Assembly: GCA_900320735.1 (NCBI GenBank)
Contig: ONTJ01000031.1
Location: forward strand, 1 to 56,785
Length of the DNA stretch: 56,785 nucleotides
Origin: an uncultured Eubacteriales bacterium
GTDB taxonomy: Bacteria; Bacillota_I; Bacilli_A; RF39; UBA660
Direction of reading: 5' to 3'
Shown: positions 28,553 to 38,488 of the stretch, piece after piece
Layout of the letters: every line of letters begins with the position of its first letter
Numbering within the stretch: position 1 is the first letter of the stretch
Translations under genes and position numbers: made by a program
The notes under the pieces: generated by a model
What the model saw: the letters and a program-made list of their open reading frames with translations, nothing else
Told to the model about the DNA's origin: nothing
Databases searched by the model: none

Positions 28553-28616
28553 CAATATCTATATCATTTTTAATGTCAAATTTTGTGTCAATTTTATTTA
28601 AATATACTATTTTATA

Positions 28617-28625
28617 TGATATAAT
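28617..28625 (+). promoter_or_regulatory. extended -10 promoter (TGaTATAAT)
   Basis: TGATATAAT lies upstream of the AGAGGTGA RBS and the TTG start at 28658. Confidence 0.4.
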
Positions 28626-28657
28626 TAGATATATGAGAATTGTAGAGGTGACTTATA

Positions 28658-29461
28658 TTGAAAAATATTTTTTCCAATTTTAAAAAATATTGGTTTTTAA
28701 TGAAGCAACTTATGTCAAGGGATTTTAAAGTGAAATACAAAAGATCTGTCTTGGGAGTTCTTTGGAGTTTACTTAATCCAATTTTGATGATGGCTGTAAT
28801 GGCTATAGTATTTTCACAAATGTTTAAATTTAAAGTAGAGGGAATAAATTACTTAGTTTATTTGATGACAGGTATAATTTTATTTAATTATTTTTCGCTT
28901 GCATCAAATATGGCGATGACATCAGTAGTTGAGAACTTTACTTTGATAAATAAAATATATATTCCAAAATATGTATTTCCAATTTCAAAGTGTTTATCAG
29001 TAGGAATAGATTTCTTACTTACTTTGATACCTTGGTTTGGTATAATTATACTTTCATATTTTGGTCTTGGTGAGCATACATGTACTATAACAATAAATTA
29101 TTTGTTTTTGCCATACATATTTATATGTTTAATATTATTTACAATGGGTATAGGTTTATTGCTATCTTGTGTATCAGTATTTTTGAGAGATATGTTTCAC
29201 ATTTATTCAATATTAATTACAATATGGAATTATTTAACTCCAGTATTTTATAGTGTTGAAATATTACCAAAAAAATTACAATTTTTAATGAACTTTAATC
29301 CACTATATCAATTTATAAATGCGACTAGAACAATAGTGTTATACGGACAAATGCCATCACTGGAAAATATCATAGCTCTAACAGCATTTGCTTTTGGTAT
29401 GTTATTTATAGGATCTGCAGTATTTAAATCTAAACAAGATAGATTTATATACTACATATAG
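28658..29461 (+). CDS. ABC-2 type polysaccharide/teichoic-acid export permease (TagG/Wzm-like)
   Basis: 267 aa. The N-terminus MSRDFKVKYKRSVLGVLWSLLNP is the ABC-2 signature, and the protein has 6 TM helices. It uses a TTG start. Confidence 0.85.
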   Translation: MKNIFSNFKKYWFLMKQLMSRDFKVKYKRSVLGVLWSLLNPILMMAVMAIVFSQMFKFKVEGINYLVYLMTGIILFNYFSLASNMAMTSVVENFTLINKIYIPKYVFPISKCLSVGIDFLLTLIPWFGIIILSYFGLGEHTCTITINYLFLPYIFICLILFTMGIGLLLSCVSVFLRDMFHIYSILITIWNYLTPVFYSVEILPKKLQFLMNFNPLYQFINATRTIVLYGQMPSLENIIALTAFAFGMLFIGSAVFKSKQDRFIYYI

Positions 29462-29473
29462 GAGGTTATATAT

Positions 29474-30208
29474 ATGATTAGAATAAAAAATGTTTCAATG
29501 AAATTTAACCTTGGTATTGAAAAAGATTTTTCTTTTAAACAATTATTTATTAATTTATTTAGTGGAAAAATGAAAAAGAAAGATTATTTTTGGGCTCTAA
29601 AAGATGTAACTTTTGATGTTAATAAAGGTGATGTTGTCGGCCTAATAGGAAGTAATGGTGCTGGTAAATCAACACTACTTAAGGTTGTTAGTGGTGTAAT
29701 GAAACCAACAAGTGGTAAAGTAGAAGTTGATGGTGTAATTTCACCAATGATTGAACTAGGTGCAGGATTTGACCTTAATTTAACCGCAAGAGAAAATATA
29801 TATTTAAATGGTGCTATACTAGGTTATTCTAAAAAATTCTTAGATAGTAAATTTGATGAAATAGTAGAGTTTTCAGAACTAAAGGATTTCTTAGATGTTC
29901 CAGTTAAAAACTTTTCTTCAGGTATGACTGCTAAACTTGCATTTTCAATTGCAACAATAGTTAATCCTGAAATATTAATAGTAGATGAAATATTATCCGT
30001 TGGGGATATTAAATTTCAAGAAAAGAGTAAGAATAAGATGCTTGAAATGATAAATGGAGGTACTACAGTACTTTATGTATCACATTCACTAGAATCTATA
30101 AAAGAATTATGCAACAAAGTAATATGGCTTGATCATGGTAAAGTCGTGATGATGGGCAATACTAAAGAAGTGTGTGATAAGTATTACGAACAACAAATGG
30201 GAAGGTAG
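29474..30208 (+). CDS. polysaccharide/teichoic-acid export ATP-binding protein (TagH/Wzt-like, nucleotide-binding domain only)
   Basis: 244 aa with Walker A GSNGAGKST, the signature FSSGM and Walker B ILIVDE. There is no C-terminal carbohydrate-binding extension. Confidence 0.85.
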   Translation: MIRIKNVSMKFNLGIEKDFSFKQLFINLFSGKMKKKDYFWALKDVTFDVNKGDVVGLIGSNGAGKSTLLKVVSGVMKPTSGKVEVDGVISPMIELGAGFDLNLTARENIYLNGAILGYSKKFLDSKFDEIVEFSELKDFLDVPVKNFSSGMTAKLAFSIATIVNPEILIVDEILSVGDIKFQEKSKNKMLEMINGGTTVLYVSHSLESIKELCNKVIWLDHGKVVMMGNTKEVCDKYYEQQMGR

Positions 30209-30216
30209 GCAAAATT

Positions 30217-32796
30217 ATGAAAAATTTAATCAATTCTTATTGGAAAAGTTTAAAAAACAAAAAAGTAAGTGTTAAGAAAAAAAATGGAAAATTAATTATC
30301 AATAACGATTCAGAACGTGTTGGGATTGTCGTATGTACAAAATTATTTAAGAAAAATGAAAATGGATTTAAAATAGATTTTAATGGAAAAATTATACATG
30401 GCGAAGCCGCAGTATTGGAATTAATTAACAAAAAACGTAGAGTTATTGGAGAGACAACAATTAATTCTACAATGTTAATTGGAGATGAATTTTTTAGATA
30501 TTATTTAGTTGCAATAAAGATTTTTCCAAAAACAAAAGTTGAAATAGACACTATCAACTTTAATGAACAAATTATAACTGATGAGGATAAATTTGGAGAT
30601 TTTACTAATGATATTCTTGTAATAACACCTAGTTATCCAAGTGAAGAACATAAATATTTATCTGGATTTGTTCATTCTAGGGTTGTAGAATACAAGAAGA
30701 ATAATGTTAATGTTGACGTAGCTGTCGTTTATAATTATCTAAATATTAGTAAATATAAATTTCAAGATATAAAAGTTTCTAGAATGTCTAGTTTAGATTT
30801 AAGAACATTAATTACTAAGAAAAAATATAAAAAAATACTTGTTCATTTTTTTGATGAAAGATATTTTAATATTTTACAAGGATGTGATTTAACTAATACT
30901 GAAGTTTATGTATGGGTACACGGACCAGAAACTTTATATTGGGACTATCCTGAATTTACTACTAAATATTTTGAAGGTAAGGCACAGTTAAGTGAAGAGA
31001 AACTAAAGCAATTTAATGTAAATGATAAAATAATAAGAACAATTAATGAGATGCCAAATTTTAAATTTATTTTTGTTTCACAATGGATTAAGGATAAAAG
31101 TGAAGAATTGATTAATATAAAATTTAATAATTATGTGGTAATTCCAAACATTATAGATGTTGATTTATTTGATTACAATGAAAAAAAAGAAGATCAATTA
31201 AAGAAAATTTTTATGCTTAGAAGATATGACAATATAAATAAATATGCGGTTGATGTTAGTGTAAGAACAATTTTAGAATTGAGTAAAAGACCTAAATTTG
31301 ATGAGTATGAATTTAACATCTATGGAAATGGTGAAGTATTTGATAAATTATTTGCGCCAATTATGAATTTTAAAAATGTTCATTTTCATAGAAGCTTTTT
31401 TACACATGAAGAAATTTCTGATATACATAAACAAAATGGCATTGCATTATTTCCTACGAGATATGATGCACAAGGTGTTTCTATGTGCGAAGCGGGTAGC
31501 TCAGGATTACTTGTAGTTTCATCTGATAATGACGCAATTAAAGAATTCATTCCATATAAAGATGGAAATATAATTGAAACAGAAGATTACAAACAATATG
31601 CAGATTTTATTGAAAAGGTATCTAATGATGTTAAATTATTTAATAAAATTACGAAGGAAACTAGAAAAAAAATAGTTGAAAAATGTTCATATTCTGCAAC
31701 AGTTGCACGTGAAATTGAACTTATAAAATCAAAATCTAATAATAATTTCTATTCGGTTAATTTAAAGAATAACAATAAGAAACCTATATTATCAATTATA
31801 ATTCCTTCATATAATGTATCTAAATTTATAAATAAGACATTGAAATCACTTATAGTTAATAATAAAAATTCATCTAAAATTGAAATACTAGTAGTCAATG
31901 ATGGTTCAAAGGATGATACTGCTGAAGTAGTTAAAAAATTTATAAATGAATATGGTGATAAAAAATCATGTATTGTTAAATTGATTGATAAGGAAAATGG
32001 AGGACATGGTTCAACCATTAATGTAGGTATCAAGGAAGCAACTGGTAAGTATTTAAGAATTATTGATGGGGACGATTGGGTAGATACTAAGGATTTTGAA
32101 AAATTAATTGATATTCTTGACAAAGAAGAAAGTGATATTGTTGTTACTAATTATTGTGAAGACTTATATGCTGATGGAAGTGCATTATTAAGAAAAGTTA
32201 GTCTATATGATTTTATGGTTCCAGGATATCAATATGATTTTGATGATCTATGTTACAGTGATTATGGCTTTGGAATGTGGGGTCCTATACTAGCAACTGC
32301 AAATATTAAATTATCTAAATTAAAGGAAGCAGATTTTAAATTAAGCGAAAAAACTTTTTATGTTGATATGGAATACAACACATTCTATTTACCTAAAATA
32401 GATACTATTTCTTATTATGATTTAGACATTTATAGATATTTTATTGGAAGATCTCAGCAATCGACAAGTTTAAAATCATTTATTAGAAATATCGATCAAC
32501 ATGAAAAAGTAATCAAAAACATACTTTCGTTTACTAGTGAATCAGATATGAGTGAACTAAAAAAACAATATATATATGAAAAACTTGCAATACCTATGAT
32601 AATTTCACATTATGATTTGCTAATCAATAATATAAAAAGTAGAAAAAAATTCAAAGTTTTTGATAAGATGATTAGAACATATTTACCAAAAAAATATGAC
32701 AGTTTTTTCAATAGAAAAGTAAATTTAATTAGAAGATTTAGAGGTAATTTTATTAGAATCTTTTCATTTATATTTTATATAAGGGGAGGAATTTAA
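30217..32796 (+). CDS. multidomain glycosyltransferase (unknown N-domain + GT4-like + GT2)
   Basis: 859 aa. Residues about 130-500 look GT-B/GT4-like (…NGIALFPTRYDAQGVSMCEAGSSGLLVV). Residues about 520-760 are GT2 (LSIIIPSYNVSKFINKTLKSL, VNDGSKDDT, IDGDDW). Confidence 0.75.
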   Translation: MKNLINSYWKSLKNKKVSVKKKNGKLIINNDSERVGIVVCTKLFKKNENGFKIDFNGKIIHGEAAVLELINKKRRVIGETTINSTMLIGDEFFRYYLVAIKIFPKTKVEIDTINFNEQIITDEDKFGDFTNDILVITPSYPSEEHKYLSGFVHSRVVEYKKNNVNVDVAVVYNYLNISKYKFQDIKVSRMSSLDLRTLITKKKYKKILVHFFDERYFNILQGCDLTNTEVYVWVHGPETLYWDYPEFTTKYFEGKAQLSEEKLKQFNVNDKIIRTINEMPNFKFIFVSQWIKDKSEELINIKFNNYVVIPNIIDVDLFDYNEKKEDQLKKIFMLRRYDNINKYAVDVSVRTILELSKRPKFDEYEFNIYGNGEVFDKLFAPIMNFKNVHFHRSFFTHEEISDIHKQNGIALFPTRYDAQGVSMCEAGSSGLLVVSSDNDAIKEFIPYKDGNIIETEDYKQYADFIEKVSNDVKLFNKITKETRKKIVEKCSYSATVAREIELIKSKSNNNFYSVNLKNNNKKPILSIIIPSYNVSKFINKTLKSLIVNNKNSSKIEILVVNDGSKDDTAEVVKKFINEYGDKKSCIVKLIDKENGGHGSTINVGIKEATGKYLRIIDGDDWVDTKDFEKLIDILDKEESDIVVTNYCEDLYADGSALLRKVSLYDFMVPGYQYDFDDLCYSDYGFGMWGPILATANIKLSKLKEADFKLSEKTFYVDMEYNTFYLPKIDTISYYDLDIYRYFIGRSQQSTSLKSFIRNIDQHEKVIKNILSFTSESDMSELKKQYIYEKLAIPMIISHYDLLINNIKSRKKFKVFDKMIRTYLPKKYDSFFNRKVNLIRRFRGNFIRIFSFIFYIRGGI

Positions 32797-32797
32797 C

Positions 32798-33907
32798 ATG
32801 AAAAAAATAAAAGTAATGAGTATATTCGGAACAAGACCTGAAGCTATTAAAATGGCACCACTTGTTAAAGAACTTGAAAAAAGAGAAGAAATAGAGAGTA
32901 TTGTGTGCGTAACTGCACAACATAGACAAATGCTTGACCAAGTATTAAATACTTTTGATATAAAACCAGATTATGATCTTGATATTATGAAACAAGGTCA
33001 AACATTAGGAGATATAACAACAAGAGCACTAAATGGAATCGAAAGTGTTATAAAGGAAGTCATGCCTGACATCGTTTTAGTTCATGGTGATACAACTACA
33101 ACTTTTGCAGGAGCGCTCGCAGCATTCTATAATCAAGTTTCAATTGGACACGTAGAGGCAGGTCTTAGAACATATGATAAGTACTCACCATTCCCAGAAG
33201 AAATGAATAGACAAATGGTAGATTGTATGACAGATATGTATTTTGCTCCAACAAATTTAAGTAAAGAAAATCTAATAAAAGAAAATATAGATGAAGATAA
33301 AATATACGTAACTGGAAATACTGCAATAGATGCAATGAAGACTACTGTTACGGAAGATTATTATAATGAAATATTTGATTGGATTGGTAATGATAGAATG
33401 ATATTACTTACTGCTCATAGACGAGAAAATCTTGGAGATCCAATGAGGAGAATATTTAGAGGAATTAAAAGGGCAATAGATGAGACATCAGATGTAAAGG
33501 TTATTTATCCAATACACTTAAATCCTAAGGTTAGGGAAGTTGCTTATGAAATATTTGGTGATGACGATAAGATTAAATTCATTGAACCACTTGAAGTATT
33601 TGATTTCCATAACTTTCAAAAAAAATCTTATATAATATTATCTGATTCAGGCGGAATACAAGAAGAAGCACCATCACTTGGTAAACCAGTTTTAGTTTTG
33701 AGGGATACAACTGAAAGACCAGAAGGAATAGCAGCAGGTACTTTAAAGCTTGTAGGTACTGATGAAGAAGTTATATATAATGAAGTTAAAAAATTACTAA
33801 CTGATAATGAAGAATATGATAAGATGAGTAAAGCATCCAATCCATATGGAGATGGACATGCTAGTGAGAGAATAGTTGATGCTATTATAAAAAAATTTAG
33901 TATTTAA
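32798..33907 (+). CDS. wecB: UDP-N-acetylglucosamine 2-epimerase (non-hydrolysing)
   Basis: 369 aa with FGTRPEAIKMAPL, HGDTTTTFAGALAAFY, HVEAGLRT and SDSGGIQEEAPSLGKPVLVLR. Confidence 0.9.
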   Translation: MKKIKVMSIFGTRPEAIKMAPLVKELEKREEIESIVCVTAQHRQMLDQVLNTFDIKPDYDLDIMKQGQTLGDITTRALNGIESVIKEVMPDIVLVHGDTTTTFAGALAAFYNQVSIGHVEAGLRTYDKYSPFPEEMNRQMVDCMTDMYFAPTNLSKENLIKENIDEDKIYVTGNTAIDAMKTTVTEDYYNEIFDWIGNDRMILLTAHRRENLGDPMRRIFRGIKRAIDETSDVKVIYPIHLNPKVREVAYEIFGDDDKIKFIEPLEVFDFHNFQKKSYIILSDSGGIQEEAPSLGKPVLVLRDTTERPEGIAAGTLKLVGTDEEVIYNEVKKLLTDNEEYDKMSKASNPYGDGHASERIVDAIIKKFSI

Positions 33908-33925
33908 ATTTATAGTGAGGTAAAT

Positions 33926-35283
33926 ATGAATATACTTGTCATAAGTGAGAATTTCGTTAGAGGTGGGTTAGAAACCCATATAAATACATATTATGATTTG
34001 ATTAATACAAAAAAAGATAATGTTAAGATGTATTTTGCTTTCGCAAAATATGAAGATAATGGTTATTTAAAGGATGCAACAGTTTATGATAACTTTAATT
34101 TTAGTTATAATTCTTCTATAGATGATTTTATATCTGACGTGAACAGACTTGTTTCGATTATAAAAAAACATAAGATTGATGTTGTACAAGTTCATCCTTT
34201 TTATTCATTATTTCCTGCCATGTTTGCTGCCAAAATTACAAACACAAAATTTATATATACATATCATGGATTAGCTTCAATTAATTTTGTACAAGCTATG
34301 AATGATTCGTTACTATTTTCTTTTGGTATTGAATATGGAATGGACAAAATTTTTTGTGTTACTGAAAATGTTTTTAATAATTTTAAAGATTTTCATAATG
34401 ATAATATTGTATTTTTACCTAATATAATTAATGAAAATTCATACAATGAACATAAAATTTCACCTAAAAAAAGGTGGCATTAATTTCGAGATTAGATGTT
34501 GACAAGTACCCATCAATTATAAAATTTTTGAGAATTTTACCAAAACTTGATATAGATACTGTAGATATATTTGGCTCTGGAGCTATGCTAGAAGAATGTA
34601 AAAAATTTATTGAAGAAAATAAACTTGATGAAAAAGTTAAATTTATGGGATTTAAGAGTGATATGTCCGAAGAACTCGACGATTATACTGGAACAATCGG
34701 TATCGGTAGGGTTACTTTAGAATCACTTTGTATGAATTATCCTAGCATTTTAATAGGCCAAAACAAAGTAGTGGGCGTTATTGATTCTGAAATTTATGAT
34801 GCAGTAAAAAGGGTAAACTTTGTTCCTTTTACGCTGAATGATATAAGTGTTGAGGATCTAAATAAGTCTATTAAAGAAATTAATAATAATCAACTAGAAA
34901 AATATCAATTTAGAAATAGAATAATTGATGATTTTGGAACCAACAATATTGATTATTATATAGATGAAATTTCAAAAATTACACCTGTTTTTTTCTCAAT
35001 TTTTGAGGATGTATATGACAAAATTAAAAATATAAAAGATGGTACACAATATTTTTATACCTCTAGAGAAGTTTTTGATATTATTTTCAGAATTATATCT
35101 GCTTCTTCCAGAAATTTATATTTTAAAGAAATTGCTATTAATTATAATTACATTTATAGTATTTTAAAGAGGCAAGATTTAATTGAGGAAAGAATAGGAC
35201 AAATTGATTGTAGCTATAATAAAAATAATATATTTAAAAAAATTAAAAAGCTTATCAAAAAAATATTTAGAAAAAATAAATAA
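33926..35283 (+). pseudogene. GT4-like glycosyltransferase split by a frameshift in an A7 tract (or phase-variable gene)
   Basis: ORF 33926-34483 encodes a GT4 N-domain (ISENFVRGGLETHI). ORF 34474-35283 continues with the C-domain (ALISRLDVDKYPS…FGSGAMLEE…KFMGF). The junction is the A7 run at 34466-34472. One extra A would give a continuous …SPKKKVALISRLDVDK… reading frame of about 453 aa. Confidence 0.7.
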
Positions 35284-35306
35284 TACATATTAAAGGAGAC
35301 ACTATT

Positions 35307-36575
35307 ATGAAAAAAGTAAAATATTTAATTATAGGCGCAGGGATATCTGGATTAACATTTGCAAACTATGCTGATGGTGATTATCTAATTGTTGAAAAAG
35401 AAAATGAAGTTGGAGGATATTGCAGAACATTCAAACGAAAAGATTATGTATGGGATTTTGCAGGGCATTTCTTTCATTTTAAGACAGATGAATTCAAAAA
35501 GAAATTTTTAAATAAAATGAGTAATGACGATATCGTATATAATGATAAATGTACAAAAATATTATATAAGGATAAATTCATTGATTTCCCATTTCAAACA
35601 AACATACACCAACTTGAAAAAGATGAATTTATAGATTGTTTATATGATCTATTTACTAAAGAAGAAAAAGATAATTATGATAATTTCTTAGATATGCTTT
35701 ATGGTAAATTTGGTAAGTCGATTGTAGAAAAATTCTTAAAACCATATAATGAAAAACTCTATGCAACTGATTTACAAAATTTAGATGTAGATGCTATGGG
35801 AAGATTCTTTCCATATGCTGATAAAGAGGCAATAATTAAAAATATGAAAAATAGTGAAGTAAATTCATATAATAGTAGTTTCCTATATCCTAAAAAAGGT
35901 GCCGGAAGTTTTATCGAAATATTATATAATGAACTTGATAAGAATAGGGTATTACTAAATACGAGTGTTACTAAATTAGATATTAATAATAAGAAAGCAG
36001 AATTATCAAATGGAGATGAAATTAATTATGACTATTTAATTAATACAATGCCTTTGAATAAATTTTTAACTCTAACAGGAGGATATGATACTTTATTAAA
36101 TGAACTATCATATAACAAAGTATTAGTATTTAATTTAGGGTTTGATAAACCATCTCCAAGATGTACTGAAGAACACTGGATTTACATACCTGATAAAGGA
36201 TGTAACTTTTATAGAGCTGGATTTTATAATAACATACTAGGTGACGATAAACTAAGCATGTATATTGAAATTGGTTATTCAAAAGATACTGAAATAACAC
36301 AAGATATGATTGATAATCAGCTAACTTTGACAATAGAAAATTTAAAAAAATCTAATATTATAACTGATGATATGAAATTAGTTGATCATGTTTCAGTTAT
36401 TATGGATCCTGCGTATGTACACATTAATAGTAAGACTAATAATGATATAGATAATTTAAAACAAGAGTTGTCTAAAAAAAGCGTATATACTATAGGTAGA
36501 TATGGTGCTTGGATTTATAATTCTATGGAGGATTCAATGATTTCTGCTAAAGAACTTGCAGAAAATTTAAAATAA
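35307..36575 (+). CDS. FAD/NAD(P)-binding oxidoreductase, amine-oxidase / UDP-galactopyranose-mutase-like
   Basis: 422 aa. The N-terminal Rossmann motif is YLIIGAGISGLTFA…VEKENEVGGY…GHFFH, and the C-terminus reads GRYGAWIYNSMEDSMISA. It lies in the glycopolymer locus. Confidence 0.55.
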   Translation: MKKVKYLIIGAGISGLTFANYADGDYLIVEKENEVGGYCRTFKRKDYVWDFAGHFFHFKTDEFKKKFLNKMSNDDIVYNDKCTKILYKDKFIDFPFQTNIHQLEKDEFIDCLYDLFTKEEKDNYDNFLDMLYGKFGKSIVEKFLKPYNEKLYATDLQNLDVDAMGRFFPYADKEAIIKNMKNSEVNSYNSSFLYPKKGAGSFIEILYNELDKNRVLLNTSVTKLDINNKKAELSNGDEINYDYLINTMPLNKFLTLTGGYDTLLNELSYNKVLVFNLGFDKPSPRCTEEHWIYIPDKGCNFYRAGFYNNILGDDKLSMYIEIGYSKDTEITQDMIDNQLTLTIENLKKSNIITDDMKLVDHVSVIMDPAYVHINSKTNNDIDNLKQELSKKSVYTIGRYGAWIYNSMEDSMISAKELAENLK

Positions 36576-36602
36576 AAAAGAGAAATTAATTTCTCTTTTT
36601 TT
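36575..36602. terminator. bidirectional intrinsic terminator between convergent genes
   Basis: A perfect hairpin pairs AAAAAGAGAAA (36575-36585) with TTTCTCTTTTT (36590-36600). A-tracts and T-tracts flank it on both sides. Confidence 0.7.
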
Positions 36603-38361
36603 CTATTATTATTGTTGCTAATACTGGCATTAGTATGACAATAGGGAAACAATATCTAAATAGTGCAACAGGAGCTGCCAATACAGTTGCATATAGACCT
36701 GCTATACATGCAAGTGGTATAAAATATTTTTTTTGTTTTCTTACTATGCATATTCCAATTGTATATATAAATATTAAGAAATAAGTTCCCATTTCAAAAA
36801 AACTTGATATAATTGGAATTTTTTTCCACTTGTTTTTTTCAATTATAATATTTAATACTTTTTCATATATTGGAAATTTACTGTTTCTTTTAATTTCTAT
36901 ATAATTTTTATTCCATTTTTTTGCGTCTAACATATTATATTCTATATATGGATGATACATTCTCGTATCATTATATTCTTTATTTGGATACCAAACTCCT
37001 AGATTATTTAAAAGTAGGGCCTCAGTATAATTTTCAATATCCTTAATACCAACACGCATCCAAAATGATAAATATTTACCTTTATTTTTATCAGTTTCAT
37101 CCACATTTAAAACATTTTTAATTGGATCAGCAATTGATTGCCTAAATTTATAATTTTTGAAATCATCAAGATTAGTATAAAATTTATTGTATAACTTTAA
37201 ATCTTTTTTATCTAAAACAGCATAATTATAGTTATATACTCTTGCTAATTGTTGTGATGGAATACTTGATATTTCACGTATTGAAGATTCATTTTGAACA
37301 TTTATTAAATTGTATATTGGACCAGTATAAATTTTATATAATATTAATGGAATTATAAATATTAATATTGTTAAAAATTTTTTATTTTTTTTGAATAATA
37401 ATATAAATGGTATAGTGGCAATTGTAGCATAATAACCATTATTTCTAGCAATACATAATAAGAATATTAATATTATTAATTTCAAAAAATTTAATTTGTT
37501 TTTATAGTAGTCATCATCATTAACTAATTCTATTAAATTAAGTATCACTAGAGCAAATAAACCAGAAAAAATTACATCTTGTGCGGTCGACATAACCATC
37601 GCTGTATATAATGGAAATAAACTATAGAAAATCAAACATAGTATAAACAATAATTTATTATGAGTTTTTTTGCATACATAAAGCGAGATTCTTGTTGCTA
37701 CATATGTCATAAATATCATTTGCAATAGAGTATATATTGCAAATCCAATTTGATAATTATTAAACAATAATTTTCCTAGATTGATACAAAGTGCAATTAT
37801 GAAACTAAAGAAGAGTGAAAAGTGGGATGTTAATTGCACATTACTATCTAAAACTTGCAATATCTGAAAACCAGCATCATAACCATATATTCCTGGATAT
37901 AATGCAAGAAATACTAAAAAATTAAATAGAAATATTATTGAAAAAGTAAGTAGTTTTAATTTTCTAGTATAATTTAAATTTTCTTTAATGTTTATCTTTT
38001 TTAAATAACTAGTGGAATACATTATTATGGGCACTATTGCAAAATGCAAACAAATTATTTTAATTAATGTTCCTAAAGTCCAAAAAATTTCGCCATGTAC
38101 ATCTAACTGCGCGCCTATCACAAGTATTAATGATAAAAAAATTGAAAAACAATATGAAAAGATACGTTCTGATTTTTGATGTTGATCAATTATTTTATAA
38201 ATATTAAATAATAATATAAATATAATTAAGTTAACTAAATTGTTTGATAAATTTGCTGTAGTTGTTATCTCAAATAATTTAATTATTCCTATCGTTCCTA
38301 ATACACTAAATAATATATTATTAACCATTTTGTTTTTTATAAATTCTTTTAATTGTCTCAT
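36586..38361 (-). CDS. large polytopic membrane protein, probable extracytoplasmic (GtrC/GT-C-like) glycosyltransferase
   Basis: 591 aa with at least 12 predicted TM helices and a soluble segment of about 150 aa. It is divergently adjacent to GtrB-like and GtrA-like genes. The family call is contextual. Confidence 0.5.
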   Translation of the reverse strand: MRQLKEFIKNKMVNNILFSVLGTIGIIKLFEITTTANLSNNLVNLIIFILLFNIYKIIDQHQKSERIFSYCFSIFLSLILVIGAQLDVHGEIFWTLGTLIKIICLHFAIVPIIMYSTSYLKKINIKENLNYTRKLKLLTFSIIFLFNFLVFLALYPGIYGYDAGFQILQVLDSNVQLTSHFSLFFSFIIALCINLGKLLFNNYQIGFAIYTLLQMIFMTYVATRISLYVCKKTHNKLLFILCLIFYSLFPLYTAMVMSTAQDVIFSGLFALVILNLIELVNDDDYYKNKLNFLKLIILIFLLCIARNNGYYATIATIPFILLFKKNKKFLTILIFIIPLILYKIYTGPIYNLINVQNESSIREISSIPSQQLARVYNYNYAVLDKKDLKLYNKFYTNLDDFKNYKFRQSIADPIKNVLNVDETDKNKGKYLSFWMRVGIKDIENYTEALLLNNLGVWYPNKEYNDTRMYHPYIEYNMLDAKKWNKNYIEIKRNSKFPIYEKVLNIIIEKNKWKKIPIISSFFEMGTYFLIFIYTIGICIVRKQKKYFIPLACIAGLYATVLAAPVALFRYCFPIVILMPVLATIIIEKKRN

Positions 38362-38461
38362 ATTATACTCCTTTTATAGAATTATATCATCTGTACTTGT
38401 TCGTGTAAATATTTTATTTCTTATAAAAATAGGGTAATTGCTTTATTTTATTTTTGATTAA

Positions 38462-38470
38462 TGATAAAAT
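38462..38470 (+). promoter_or_regulatory. extended -10 promoter (TGaTAAAAT)
   Basis: TGATAAAAT lies upstream of the ACGGAGGA RBS and ATG 38489. Confidence 0.4.
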
Positions 38471-38488
38471 TATAACGGAGGATGTAAA

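Noticed and set aside
28571-28600. Direct repeat GTCAAATTTT / GTCAATTTTA upstream of the ABC-2 exporter genes, considered as a possible operator.
   Set aside because: It is short, AT-rich and imperfect, and could easily arise by chance in this composition. There is no adjacent regulator gene.
38240-38437. 65-aa plus-strand ORF overlapping the 5' end of the 591-aa minus-strand membrane protein gene.
   Set aside because: It overlaps a well-supported gene and its divergent promoter region. The translation is hydrophobic shadow-frame sequence, and there is no RBS.
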